From contig CAWABA010000006.1 of assembly GCA_963780185.1 (NCBI GenBank), positions 672,001 to 736,000 of the forward strand: DNA of 64,000 nucleotides, in the 5' to 3' direction. This document shows positions 10,025-20,699 of the stretch, piece after piece. Below the pieces are notes generated by a model. It was given only the letters and a program-made list of their open reading frames with translations, was not told the DNA's origin and made no database searches. The stretch comes from Candidatus Bathyarchaeota archaeon (GTDB lineage: Archaea > Thermoproteota > Bathyarchaeia > Bathyarchaeales > Bathycorpusculaceae). How positions within the stretch are numbered: the first letter of the stretch is position 1; every line of letters starts with the position of its first letter. The translations under genes were made by a program, and so were the position numbers.

Positions 10025-13021
10025 TTGCTTGTAGAAGACCTAAAGAAATGCAATCTTGAGCACTCTAATTTGAAGAGTAAGAAACAACTCCGCAGCATCT
10101 TAAAGTTCATTGGCATTGGCTTCTTGTTATACAGGGACATTGATAATCAACTCGTTGAGAACCAAACAAAGAAACTCTCACTGCTGAAAAATGCTTACCC
10201 GATCTCGAATGCGTACTCGGTTTACCTCAAAGTACAGCTCAACACAATCGAAAAAGCCAGTCGCTTTCTCTCAAGCTCAGAAGAGAACAACTGGTCTGCA
10301 TCCATAGAGTCAAGTAAAGCAGATATAAACTATCTTCTTTCTTTCCCAAACCAACAACAACTGTATGATACTGAGATTATAAGTCAATTAGACAACGGAA
10401 AACAGTTCTTACTGAACTTCAACTCAAACTTAGAGAAAGCTCAACTTAGAAACAGATTGCGTGAGTTGAAAAGCGACATCATAAAGGCAAAACAAGAATA
10501 CGATGAACTGTACCAAAGACCCTTTTACTTCTCAAAAAGTGAATCCCAAAAATGGCATAGCAACAATTCCTCTCTTAGAGACCCGATTAAAAACGCACTG
10601 AACAAAGGAATTGTCGGATTAGACTTTCAAGACTCTCTCCATCAACTCAGAGATGTTTTTGAAAATGGTGAAAGGCTAGTCACAGAACGAAACCAGCACT
10701 TCATTGAAAGCGAAATACGAAAGGAAGAACTCTTCCCACCAGTTGAAGGTCAAACCTTAACGGAAGAGCAAAGAAGAGCCATAGTCGTTGATGAAGCTAA
10801 CACTCTTGTTGTTGCTGGTGCTGGAACAGGAAAAACAACCGCACTTTTAGGAAAGGCTCAATACTTAATGGCAAAGGGGTTAGCTCCACCTCAAGAAGTA
10901 TTGATTGTATCCTTTTCAAAAGCTGTTGCTGAGGAAAATAATACCAAAATTAATCATAACAGAAAAAGGAAGTTTGAGGTAAGAGACTACCACAGTTTAG
11001 GATTAAAACTCATCAGAGAATCAGCAGATGACGTTCCGAGCGTTTCCAAAGTAGCTGAAGATAAAATAGCTAACTCAAGAACCCTTCTTGAACTAATAGA
11101 AGCAAGGATAGGTGAAAATAGCTTTACACAACTCATCACCAACTACTTCCTCTTCAACTTCCAAGAATACAAAACCGTTTTTGATTTCGAACAGGAAGGC
11201 GACTACTTTTACTACTTAAAGAACAATGAAATTAGAACTCTGCAAGGGCACCGAGTAAGAAGTCTTGAAGAGTGTGAAATCGCCAACTTCCTCTACATCA
11301 ACGGAGTGAAGTATGAATATGAAAAACCCTTCAAAACTCCAAATCAAAGCAACGAAAGGATGCCTTACAGACCCGACTTCACCCTAACAGAATATGACAT
11401 ATGCATCGAACACTTTGGCATCGATAAAAATAACAAGACTGCACCGTGGGTCAACCAAGAGCAATACCTAGCAGACATGAAATGGAAGATAGAACAACAC
11501 GACTCAAACAAACTAATCAAAACATACAGTTATGATAAACAGGAAGGTCAGTTAATAGAAAGACTCAAAAAAGAACTAATCACACATGGAGTTGTCTTCA
11601 ACAGAATCCCCAACGAAGACATATTCAAAGAACTAAACAAATGGAAAAGAGTCAACTCCTTTGCGTCTTTTCTCTCCAAGTTCCTCAACCTCTACAAATC
11701 AACAGGAAAAGACGTTGAAGTCCTAAAGCAACAAAGCAACTCTAAGAGAACAAGCGCATTCTTAGAAATATTCTCAATCATCTACCAAGACTATGATGAA
11801 CAGCTACGCAAGTATAACACCATTGACTTTAACGACATGATAAACAAAGCAACCAATTCAGTTCAGCAGAATAAAACCTATTCAAGATTCAAGTATATAC
11901 TCGTTGATGAATTCCAAGACACAACCCAAAGCCAATATCGATTACTCAAGGCACTTCTCGAACAGAATAATGCGCGACTCTTCTGTGTAGGTGACGATTG
12001 GCAATCCATAAACCGTTTTGCTGGTGGAGACCTCTCAGTAATGACCGAGTTCGAAGAGAACTTTGGAAGCTCCGAAAGAAACTTTATTCAAGAAACCCAC
12101 CGTTTCTGTGACAAACTATGCATCTTCTCATCGAAGTTCATTCTTGCTAATCCTAACCAAATTCCAAAAGAAATAACAAGTAAACAGAAGGAGACAGGAC
12201 CAGCAGTCACAATCGTCTCTGACTGGACTGAGATGGCACTCGAAAAGATACTAAACGAAATATCTCAAAACCCAAACAAGAAAACCACTGTCCTAATAAT
12301 GAATCGCTACAGAGACATCGGAAAACCCTCTAACTTGGAAACTCTTGCTAAGAACTATCCAAACCTCTCAATCAATTACTCAACGGTTCACAAAGCAAAA
12401 GGACTCACAGTTGATTATGGAATAGTCATAGGTTTGAGAGGTGGACTAATGGGTTTCCCATGCCAAATAGAAGATGACCCATTGCTAAACTTGGTTCATG
12501 CTTGTGATGAGTATTATCCACACGCAGAAGAGAGAAGACTCTTCTACGTAGCATTAACCAGAGCAAGAAAACACGTCTACTTAGTAGTTGACGACCCAAG
12601 CAATGTCTCACAATTCGTTAAGGAGATTCAAGATAATGGGTATGAAGTCAATGATAATCTGCATAGAACTAAGCCGATTAGGTGTCCAAAATGTAAAACA
12701 GGGTTAACGCTTTGGCGATTGAAGTCTACAATCCGACCAGATGATGTCTACAAAGGATGGGGAGAATGTAGTAATGCTTCTTACTGTGATTACAGACCGA
12801 GGACGTGTCCCGAATGCAGGAACGGTTTCTTGTACAAGGATGGCTTAAATTTCACTTGTTCTAACGAACAATGCACTTACACGGAAAAAGCATGTCCTGA
12901 CTGTGAAGACGGTCATCTTGTAGAGCGAACCAGAAGAAGAGACGGAGCGGTGTTTCTCGGATGCTCAAATTTTGGGATAAATGGTTGTCCACACACCGAA
13001 GAACTCCCTGATAAGGCTTAA
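10025..13021 (+). CDS. UvrD/HelD (helicase IV)-like SF1 helicase with internal PD-(D/E)XK-like segment and C-terminal Zn ribbons
   Basis: LTEEQRRA, AGAGTGKT, VDEFQD, VGDDWQSI, TVHKAKG, EERRLFYVALTRA; YRPDF..ICIEHFG; repeated CxxC. Confidence 0.9.
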   Translation: MLVEDLKKCNLEHSNLKSKKQLRSILKFIGIGFLLYRDIDNQLVENQTKKLSLLKNAYPISNAYSVYLKVQLNTIEKASRFLSSSEENNWSASIESSKADINYLLSFPNQQQLYDTEIISQLDNGKQFLLNFNSNLEKAQLRNRLRELKSDIIKAKQEYDELYQRPFYFSKSESQKWHSNNSSLRDPIKNALNKGIVGLDFQDSLHQLRDVFENGERLVTERNQHFIESEIRKEELFPPVEGQTLTEEQRRAIVVDEANTLVVAGAGTGKTTALLGKAQYLMAKGLAPPQEVLIVSFSKAVAEENNTKINHNRKRKFEVRDYHSLGLKLIRESADDVPSVSKVAEDKIANSRTLLELIEARIGENSFTQLITNYFLFNFQEYKTVFDFEQEGDYFYYLKNNEIRTLQGHRVRSLEECEIANFLYINGVKYEYEKPFKTPNQSNERMPYRPDFTLTEYDICIEHFGIDKNNKTAPWVNQEQYLADMKWKIEQHDSNKLIKTYSYDKQEGQLIERLKKELITHGVVFNRIPNEDIFKELNKWKRVNSFASFLSKFLNLYKSTGKDVEVLKQQSNSKRTSAFLEIFSIIYQDYDEQLRKYNTIDFNDMINKATNSVQQNKTYSRFKYILVDEFQDTTQSQYRLLKALLEQNNARLFCVGDDWQSINRFAGGDLSVMTEFEENFGSSERNFIQETHRFCDKLCIFSSKFILANPNQIPKEITSKQKETGPAVTIVSDWTEMALEKILNEISQNPNKKTTVLIMNRYRDIGKPSNLETLAKNYPNLSINYSTVHKAKGLTVDYGIVIGLRGGLMGFPCQIEDDPLLNLVHACDEYYPHAEERRLFYVALTRARKHVYLVVDDPSNVSQFVKEIQDNGYEVNDNLHRTKPIRCPKCKTGLTLWRLKSTIRPDDVYKGWGECSNASYCDYRPRTCPECRNGFLYKDGLNFTCSNEQCTYTEKACPDCEDGHLVERTRRRDGAVFLGCSNFGINGCPHTEELPDKA

Positions 13022-13215
13022 ACAACTCTCGCATACTTACCAGAGACATTTAAGCTCCGAGAGTGAATGGTTAAAGCCAAAATCGAGATAACGCCGAAGG
13101 ATGAAAAAACTGTCTATGACAGCTTGGTCAGAATTCAAGAGTTAGGCATACTGCACAAAAAAACCGCCCATATTCGACAATACGCGACAATAACTTTAAC
13201 ATAGCGTCAACATAC

Positions 13216-13346
13216 AAAGTCGCAATCCGCCCATAGCAAAGTCGCAACTCGCAAGCAGGCTCCAGCCCCAAAGCAAAAAAGCAACCCAAAACATCAAAAG
13301 CCAACGCGGGAAGTCGCAACTTTCACCAAACCAAAAGTCGCAACTT
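13216..13346. repeat. Four direct copies of AAGTCGCAA(C/T), arranged as two pairs
   Basis: Copies start at 13217, 13239, 13311 and 13335. Confidence 0.75.
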
Positions 13347-13483
13347 ATTTATTTTCACAAAAAAACCAAAAAACCAGCGCTTCCACGAAACGAAATCAAG
13401 CATGCAACCGTTTTCTAGCGTTTAAGGCGTATTAAAGATAAATACTGGTAATGCAATCTCGTATCCGTAAGGAGAAAATAAAT

Positions 13484-13906
13484 TTGTCTGTAGCGCAAAG
13501 AAAGTATTTCACTGAAGTCTCATTACTCGCAGATAAAACAGTTTCTGTAGCAACTAATAACGGAAAAATATTCATCGGCACACTCCTCGGCATCAACCCA
13601 GACAACATGAGTCTCGTTCTAGCTGACGCAAGGGACGAAGCTGGAAAAACACTTCACCGGCTTTTCCTGAACGGAAGCGGGGTTTCTCAAATTTCAAGCG
13701 CAGAAAAACCCTTCGACCTCAAAGCCTTAGCCACAAGACTTGAAAAAGTCTTTCCGACTATGGTTAAACTGTACGAGGACAAGGGCTTCATCTGGGTCAT
13801 GGACAAAGTGAAACTGACGGAAAAAGGCGTCATTGAAGGTTCAGGTCCAGCAGCCGACCGAGTACAAAAGGTTTACGACCAGTTCATGAGCGAAGTTAAA
13901 CCCTAA
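13484..13906 (+). CDS. Lsm/Sm-like protein with C-terminal domain (SmAP3 type)
   Basis: Sm1 motif GTLLGINPDNMSLVLADA plus C-terminal VMDKVKLTEKGVIEGSGPAADRV; GGAG upstream of TTG. Confidence 0.85.
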   Translation: MSVAQRKYFTEVSLLADKTVSVATNNGKIFIGTLLGINPDNMSLVLADARDEAGKTLHRLFLNGSGVSQISSAEKPFDLKALATRLEKVFPTMVKLYEDKGFIWVMDKVKLTEKGVIEGSGPAADRVQKVYDQFMSEVKP

Positions 13907-14652
13907 ATAAACCAGCGCAACTGCTCTTCTTCTTTCTTCTTTTCTTCTGTAATGCTTCTAATGATGCCGAATGATTCTAGGACCTTTTTGATTTCATCGC
14001 CGGTCTCCTCCAGACGAGACATATCCACATTTAGATTAAGGTACTTTCCCAAAGTAATCAACGCGTAGCGAGCAGCGTTCACATCGGGATTCATGCCAGG
14101 CGTGTCAACAAGCAAAGAGAAACCTTTCAAATCCCTAACTCTCGCTAAACCAATGGATAACCCCGCGATACCGAAAACATGCCCAACCATCACCTTCGTT
14201 CCTAAATCAAGCGCCACCTGCATCGTATCCAAGTCTGTGGCTGTGCTGTAGATTCCAGGCACAGGTTGAGCCTCGTCTTTTTTGAAGCCGCCGATCGAAA
14301 TTACAAAGCGACATCCGAACTCCTGAGCTAAATCAAGAACCTTGCCGACAAGCTCATACTGCCCCACAGTCGTCAGCGCCTGAGTGTTACCGTACCAGAT
14401 AATCAAGTCGCGACCGCCCTCCAGTTTGGCGTAGTAGAGTTCGTTTCCAGGCGAAAGTGCTTTACCGTCTCCAGTGGTTACCGCGAAATCCTGAAAGGAC
14501 GACGAAAAAATCTGAACGAACCGGGTAGCTTTTAGCTCTTTTATCAAGTGGAGTGCTGCGATGTTTGCTACGAATCCTATACCAGGCAATCCTTCGATGA
14601 GGATTGGGTCGTTTAGTTTCGGTTTTTCGCTGATGTCGATGGAGCAGACCAT
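13903..14652 (-). CDS. PAC2-family proteasome assembly chaperone
   Basis: ILIEGLPGIGFVANIAA, SIGGF, PDVNAA. Confidence 0.9.
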   Translation of the reverse strand: MVCSIDISEKPKLNDPILIEGLPGIGFVANIAALHLIKELKATRFVQIFSSSFQDFAVTTGDGKALSPGNELYYAKLEGGRDLIIWYGNTQALTTVGQYELVGKVLDLAQEFGCRFVISIGGFKKDEAQPVPGIYSTATDLDTMQVALDLGTKVMVGHVFGIAGLSIGLARVRDLKGFSLLVDTPGMNPDVNAARYALITLGKYLNLNVDMSRLEETGDEIKKVLESFGIIRSITEEKKKEEEQLRWFI

Positions 14653-14983
14653 GGTTAACATCTCTTTTGTCAAGTATAGACAAACTTTGCGATATAAGGA
14701 TGCTGACATTTCGGATAAAGACGTTCGAAACTGCAACCCCGTTGCCCTTCAGGTTTTTTGAAAAGAAGGAAAAACCTCTTCATCATCAACATCATCAACA
14801 ACAATGGCAGGGCTGCTTAGAAGAGGAAACACCAAATAGCAAACAAGAAGCATCAGGGCAATAGCTTTTCCACAGTGCGGAGCTTGTGCAAAATAAATCA
14901 GCATGGTTTTCTTTAAGTTGCAACATGCTCCAGAGGTAAGAAAGGCATATAAGAGCTAGGGGTGAAACGGTAATAGACCAGCT

Positions 14984-16252
14984 ATGCATATGCAAAAAAC
15001 ATCTGTCGCCCGCATTGTTCTTCTAACGCTGATGCTGCTTGCCGCTGTTTCTCCCGTTTTCATCGCTAAATCAGATGCGCAAACCAACCAGAATTACTGG
15101 GTAACGGTGAAGCCGACAGGTGGCTCTCAAATGTACACTACGGTTGATAGAAATTGGACCTTATCGTTTGAGGCGCGGTGGAGCTACGGTAACAGTTCTG
15201 GTCAACTCATCAGCAACGCGGTGGTCACAATGAAGGTTTCTGGAGCGTCGGAGGGATCGTTAGGTACGCTTCAGCTGAACACGACTTCTGGAAACTTTGT
15301 CTTCAACTATTCTTCATCCGTCGCCGACAAAATAACTTTTACACCCACCCAATTAAAAACACAGGATGGAACAAAATATGCTTCCGCCCTTGTGACAGAT
15401 AGTGGGGCAGAGGCTTACGGTTTGCAATCGGCAGCGGTTACAGTTTGGTGGGATACCTTCCATGTGTCTGCAACAAAAGCGAACACAAGCAGCTCGAAGA
15501 CAGTCGACGTGTCAGTGAACGTAACCTATCTGCTGCTCCCTCAAGAAGGCTTAACCCTGCCCGCACAAGACACCTATTCAAACCAGACAGTCCTGCCCAA
15601 GATAGCAAGTGGCGCTGACGTAACCATTAATGGGATTAAAGCCCAAGAAACTGGATCAACAGGCGTCTACTCAGCACAGACCTCCACAATATTCCCCTCA
15701 GCCTACCTGCTGGTAGCAGTTTCACAAAACGGGTGGACAACAACCCAAACAGCGTTCAGCTTCACCCAGAAAGCAAACCAAGCAATCTGGAACTACGCAA
15801 TAATAATCATCGTTATCCTTGCCGCTGCATCGTTAACGCTGTACTTTTTTATGCATAAAAAGCCCAATCAACCTTCTTCATCGCCAAACCGACCAATGCT
15901 TCCCTTAATCGGCGGCGTTTTGCTGCTGGCGACTTCTGTTGTCAGCCTTTACTGGGGCGCCCTTGCAATTGAAGCCTCATCACATGGGTTTAGCTGGCTT
16001 ATTTTGGCAGTAACGGGTGTAAGCTCCTTCGCCGTGGGTGTTTTAGGCGGCGTTATGGCTTTGAGGCGGAAGAATCAGGCATTAGCTATCTTTGCCGCAT
16101 GCATCCCGTTGACAGTTAACGTCAGCATGGTGACTTATGCGCTTGGCGCTTACTCCTTAGCGGTTCCGTGGGTATTCATTTTCGCGTCAACTCTCGCTTC
16201 CATAATAAGCGGGGTGTTGATTGCACGCTTTGATGACCAATTCCCAAAATGA
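14984..16252 (+). CDS. Hypothetical exported protein with C-terminal TM helices
   Basis: Signal-peptide-like N-terminus, S/T-rich ectodomain, about 5 C-terminal TM segments. Confidence 0.75.
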   Translation: MHMQKTSVARIVLLTLMLLAAVSPVFIAKSDAQTNQNYWVTVKPTGGSQMYTTVDRNWTLSFEARWSYGNSSGQLISNAVVTMKVSGASEGSLGTLQLNTTSGNFVFNYSSSVADKITFTPTQLKTQDGTKYASALVTDSGAEAYGLQSAAVTVWWDTFHVSATKANTSSSKTVDVSVNVTYLLLPQEGLTLPAQDTYSNQTVLPKIASGADVTINGIKAQETGSTGVYSAQTSTIFPSAYLLVAVSQNGWTTTQTAFSFTQKANQAIWNYAIIIIVILAAASLTLYFFMHKKPNQPSSSPNRPMLPLIGGVLLLATSVVSLYWGALAIEASSHGFSWLILAVTGVSSFAVGVLGGVMALRRKNQALAIFAACIPLTVNVSMVTYALGAYSLAVPWVFIFASTLASIISGVLIARFDDQFPK

Positions 16253-16378
16253 CCAATGGCATTTGCGCTCAATAATAGTTAGATGAATCAAAAGCATTTT
16301 TCAATCAAACCAGCCACGTAGGTTTGCGGGCTAGTTGTTTTTTATAGGCGAGCCGTGATTCTTGTTTAGGCTTCAACC

Positions 16379-18004
16379 TTGAGTTTCGAAATAAAACAGA
16401 AAGACCTGCTGGGTAGAATAGGTAGACTGAAAACTAAAAGCGCAACAGTGGAAACCCCACTTCTGTACCCCGTAATTAACCCCAGCATCCAACTTGTGAC
16501 GCCCAAGAAACTTAAGGAAACATTCGGGTTTGAAGCTGTCATAACAAACTCCTATATAATCAGAAAACGCTTCGGCGACAAAGTCATCGACGAAGGCTTA
16601 CACAAGTTTCTGGGTTACGACGGCGCCATCATGACTGATTCCGGAGCGTACCAAATTCTTGTCTACGGCGAAGTTGAGGTGAGCCAGAAGGAAATTGTGG
16701 CTTATCAGGAAGGCATAGGCAGCGACATCGCCACCATGCTTGACATACCGACAGGCTGGAAAATAACAAAAGAGCAAGCGCAGGTTACTGTGGATGAAAC
16801 GCTGCGGAGGGCAAAAGACTTCTTCAAAATCAAGACCCGCGACGACATCTTGTGGGTTGGTCCAGTGCAGGGTGGAAGGCATCTGGATTTGGTGGCTAAC
16901 TCAGCGGTTGAAATGGGAAAACTTCCCTTTCAAATCCACGCGTTGGGAAGCCCCACGGAAGTGATGGAAAGCTACCGTTACGACGTCTTGGCAGACATGA
17001 TTTTAACCGCTAAAAAAGGCTTACCTGTTGACCGCCCGCTTCATCTGTTCGGCGCAGGGCACCCAGCCATGTTCTCTTTGGCTGTGGCTCTAGGATGCGA
17101 CCTTTTCGACTCAGCCGCCTACGCCCTGTACGCCCGCGAAGACCGCTACATGACTGACACCGGCACATGGCGGCTTGCAGAGCTAGATTACTTCCCATGC
17201 TGCTGTCCCCGATGCTCAACCGAAACTCCAAAGAGCTTACTGAAAAAGCCGAAGGAGGAGCGGGAAGTTTTCTTAGCTGAACATAACCTTTACGTTTGTA
17301 TGGCGGAGCTCAAAAGCATCAAACAAGCCATCAGGGACGGCAGACTGTGGGAGCATACAGAGATGCGGGTCCACGGTCACCCAGCGCTGCTTTCAGCCCT
17401 CAAAAAACTCCGCAGCCACGCTGACTTCCTTGAAACGTTCAGCCCCACAGTTAAAAGCAGCGGATTCTTCTATTTCGACTCCGTCGGACTGGCACGTCCC
17501 GAAATCACCCATTACCGCAAACGCATAGCCGAACGCTACGACCCGCCTAAAAAAGCCAAAGTTCTCTTCCTCGTACCCCAAACAAGAAACAAGCCTTTCC
17601 ACAAAGCGCCCGAGTTCAAGAAGATTAGGCAGCTTTTCCGAATTTTAGGCGAGGAGTTGGCGCGGCAAGTTCACGTTTGCGTTTACGCTGCCCCATTCGG
17701 GGTTATCCCGTTGGAGCTTGACGAGGTTTACCCGCTGAGCCAGCATGAGACTGCGTTGCCGCTTGACTTGGAAACCGGGAATTACGTGGCTGACCAAACG
17801 GCTGAATACATTAAACGTTCATCTTATGCAGGTGTGGTTTTGCTTAATGACCCTAAACTCTGGCAGGACAAGGTTAAATCGGCAACGGCAGCAGCTTGCG
17901 ACGTGAAAGGGTTGCTGTTTGACTCGGTTGACGCGGATGCAGGGAAGACCCAAGAGGTCATAGTTCGCCTAGAAAACATTTTGCGGAAGCAGTTAAGCGA
18001 ATAG
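16379..18004 (+). CDS. tgtA: Archaeosine tRNA-guanine(15) transglycosylase
   Basis: MTDSGAYQ, PVQGG, HLFGAGHP, DLFDSAAY, CCCPRC Zn site, HNL. Confidence 0.95.
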   Translation: MSFEIKQKDLLGRIGRLKTKSATVETPLLYPVINPSIQLVTPKKLKETFGFEAVITNSYIIRKRFGDKVIDEGLHKFLGYDGAIMTDSGAYQILVYGEVEVSQKEIVAYQEGIGSDIATMLDIPTGWKITKEQAQVTVDETLRRAKDFFKIKTRDDILWVGPVQGGRHLDLVANSAVEMGKLPFQIHALGSPTEVMESYRYDVLADMILTAKKGLPVDRPLHLFGAGHPAMFSLAVALGCDLFDSAAYALYAREDRYMTDTGTWRLAELDYFPCCCPRCSTETPKSLLKKPKEEREVFLAEHNLYVCMAELKSIKQAIRDGRLWEHTEMRVHGHPALLSALKKLRSHADFLETFSPTVKSSGFFYFDSVGLARPEITHYRKRIAERYDPPKKAKVLFLVPQTRNKPFHKAPEFKKIRQLFRILGEELARQVHVCVYAAPFGVIPLELDEVYPLSQHETALPLDLETGNYVADQTAEYIKRSSYAGVVLLNDPKLWQDKVKSATAAACDVKGLLFDSVDADAGKTQEVIVRLENILRKQLSE

Positions 18005-18058
18005 CCTAAGTACAGAAATAAGGCGTTTTATGATCCAGCCCATTATTTTGAAGGTATC

Positions 18059-18466
18059 TCATTTTCCTACTTGTGAAAAAGGTGTAATTGTTACCTGCGT
18101 CGGTTCATATTTTTGGCAAAGACAACTACCCGATTTCTGGCTTTTTTCGCAATACAAGTAACTTTTGTTGTGATCATTTCTGGGATGCCCGCATTTGCAC
18201 ATTTTCGAATCTATGAATGTAAGTTCCGAAGCCTCGAATGTTGCGTCGCAGTTTTGACATTTATCCCCCTTTTTACCTGTAGAATCTATAATAACATCAG
18301 AGCTGATGGACCAGTAGCCGCATAACGGGCAATAACCATTAGATTCTTTGTCCAGTTTTTTAATTGCGTGTGCTTTAGGATCAGGGAGATTTTTCAACAT
18401 CCAATAATAAGTAAATAGCGAGCGATCAAAGTCAGATGACATTAAATTCCTCAACATGGTAATCAT
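18059..18466 (-). CDS. Hypothetical Cys-rich (Zn-binding) protein
   Basis: CPLC, CQNC, CKCGH...CLC; AT-rich DNA. Confidence 0.5.
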   Translation of the reverse strand: MITMLRNLMSSDFDRSLFTYYWMLKNLPDPKAHAIKKLDKESNGYCPLCGYWSISSDVIIDSTGKKGDKCQNCDATFEASELTFIDSKMCKCGHPRNDHNKSYLYCEKSQKSGSCLCQKYEPTQVTITPFSQVGK

Positions 18467-18614
18467 AATTGTTCTTTTAATTATTCCTACGAGTGAGTCG
18501 GTAAACTATATAGATTTCCATTTCTCGCTGTACCATCATGAACCAATCTTTTTTCAGCTAGCGCAACCTAATTGACTTTAGACTCTAGTCTTAAAGCATT
18601 AATGGTGAGGAAAC

Positions 18615-19214
18615 ATGGAACCGACGTATGCTGACTTACATATTCACACTGTCTATTCAAGTGATTCTCTTATTCAACCCAAAACCTTGGTTGACATGCT
18701 TTCCGCGCACGGCTTCATCAAGGTTGCAGCTGTAACGGACCATGATAGCGTTAGAGGCATCAAAGCAACGGTTGAATTAGCCAAGGCTTATCCTGACGTT
18801 CTCATCATTCCAGGGGTTGAAATCAGCACGCCGCAGGGTGACGTTTTGGTTTTGGGAACGGATGAGTTGCCGCCGAAACCTTGGAGCCCCGAATGTGTGG
18901 TTGACTACGCGAAAAGCGTCGGAGCGGTGACTTCTGTTGCGCATCCGTTCCGCGAGTACGGCATGGGCGATTTAGCGAGAAACTACAACTTCGACGCGGT
19001 CGAGGTGCTTAACGGGAACTCGTCGGCTCAGGCGAACAGCGAGGCGAAGGCGCTTGCGAAAAGCATGGGTTTGCCTGGCACCGCAGGCAGCGACGCTCAT
19101 CAAGTGTCAGAGTTGTTTCGGGTGAACGCGAAAATTGACTGCGACTTGAGCGTTGAAGCTGTTTTGAAGGCGATTAAGAAGGGTTTCATATCTGCTCAGG
19201 TGACGAAGGGATAA
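18615..19214 (+). CDS. PHP-domain phosphoesterase
   Basis: DLHIHT, TDHD, AHP, GSDAH. Confidence 0.9.
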   Translation: MEPTYADLHIHTVYSSDSLIQPKTLVDMLSAHGFIKVAAVTDHDSVRGIKATVELAKAYPDVLIIPGVEISTPQGDVLVLGTDELPPKPWSPECVVDYAKSVGAVTSVAHPFREYGMGDLARNYNFDAVEVLNGNSSAQANSEAKALAKSMGLPGTAGSDAHQVSELFRVNAKIDCDLSVEAVLKAIKKGFISAQVTKG

Positions 19215-19295
19215 ATATGTTTTTAAAAGAGCAGAGTTTAATTTCTAAATGTTAAGGGGAAACTCAAAGACAAAGCTACAAAGGATTGGTTTTAT

Positions 19296-20552
19296 TTGCA
19301 GATTGGATTTTTAGGCGGCGCAAGAGAAGTCGGTAGAATGGGCATATCTGTCAAATCAGAGAAAACACAGGTCATACTGGATTACGGCGTTATGCTTGGC
19401 AATGAGCCTGGGTTCCCAATGCATGTTCCACCCAAAGACGTTGACGGGTTAATTCTAACTCATAGCCACCTGGATCATTCAGGCGCGCTACCGATCTTCT
19501 ACATAAACGACAAAAAGCCTCTGTATACGAACATGCTTAACCTTGAGTTGACGGAGGTTCTGATTCAGGATTTTATTCATCTGTCAAGTTACTATTTGCC
19601 GTTTGAGTATCTTGAACTTAAAACGTTGATGCGAAGCAACAAGCATCTGAATTTCGGCGTTGAAGAAACCGTCGGCGACATGAAGATTAAACTGCTTGAC
19701 GCGGGACACACTCCTGGAAGCGCACAGGTGCAGGTTGAAGCAGACGGCAAAAGGCTTCTTTTCACTGGCGACTACAACATGGAAGACACCATGCTGCTTA
19801 AAGGCGCAACCATGGATTACGGCGACTTCGACGCAGTCATAACAGAAAGCACCTACGCAAACGAAGACCACACTGCGCGGCCTGAACTTGAGAAAAGCTT
19901 CGCCGAGGCAGCGACCGATATAGTTGAACGGGGCGGAACGGTTCTGGTGCCCGCTTTCGGCGTGGGACGTGCACAGGAAATCGCCTGCGTGTTGTCAGCC
20001 CATCATTTTGAATTCCCGATAGTTTTGGACGGGATGGCCAGGGAAGCCAGCAGAATAATAATGGATCACAAAGAATTCCTCAGAGACCCGAAGCTCTTCA
20101 CGAACGCTATGCATTCGCTTGACTGGGTTGACGGGTGGCGTGACCGTCGCAGAGCAACGAAGGATCCCTGCGTGATCATTTCGCCTGCAGGCATGTTAAA
20201 GGGCGGTCCATCGCAGTTTTACGTTTCCAAAATCGGCAAGAAGGCGGCCAACGCGATTTTCCTTGTTAGCTACCAGATTCCTGGAACGCCGGGTAAACAG
20301 CTGCTGGATAAGGGTGTGACCACGATTGACGGCAGAGTGCAAAAGGTTAAGGCGCAATACAGGCATTTTGACTTCTCATCGCATTGTGGAGCAAGCCATC
20401 TTAAAGAAGGCTTAAGACGCCTCGGCGGCAAACCAAAAGTCTTCGCGGTTCATGGTGCAGAAGGCAATTGTGAGTTGCTTGCGAACTGGGCGAAAACCGA
20501 GCTGGGACTGGATGCTGTAGCGCCGAAAACTGGAGAAACTTACCAGATTTAG
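19296..20552 (+). CDS. Metallo-beta-lactamase/beta-CASP ribonuclease (aCPSF-like, no KH domains)
   Basis: GGAREVGR, THSHLDHSG, AGHTPGS, ESTY, FSSH, VHG. Confidence 0.9.
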   Translation: MQIGFLGGAREVGRMGISVKSEKTQVILDYGVMLGNEPGFPMHVPPKDVDGLILTHSHLDHSGALPIFYINDKKPLYTNMLNLELTEVLIQDFIHLSSYYLPFEYLELKTLMRSNKHLNFGVEETVGDMKIKLLDAGHTPGSAQVQVEADGKRLLFTGDYNMEDTMLLKGATMDYGDFDAVITESTYANEDHTARPELEKSFAEAATDIVERGGTVLVPAFGVGRAQEIACVLSAHHFEFPIVLDGMAREASRIIMDHKEFLRDPKLFTNAMHSLDWVDGWRDRRRATKDPCVIISPAGMLKGGPSQFYVSKIGKKAANAIFLVSYQIPGTPGKQLLDKGVTTIDGRVQKVKAQYRHFDFSSHCGASHLKEGLRRLGGKPKVFAVHGAEGNCELLANWAKTELGLDAVAPKTGETYQI

Positions 20553-20699
20553 CCTGTTCTGGCGCACTGACAAAGGGTTGTGCACCATGCATTTTTAATA
20601 TTCTGCTTTCCGCTTTATTACGGATAAAAAGGAAACCTTATTCTGTGTGCAATCCTATTTGCACGGATTATTAGCAACAGTAAACGTTAGGGAAACATT

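Noticed and set aside
13216-13346. CRISPR array
   Set aside because: Repeats are only 9-11 bp with irregular spacing and there are no cas genes.
14667-14995. ORFs with a His/Gln-rich (CATCAA) stretch
   Set aside because: Short trinucleotide-biased intergenic DNA overlapping promoters; no coding evidence.
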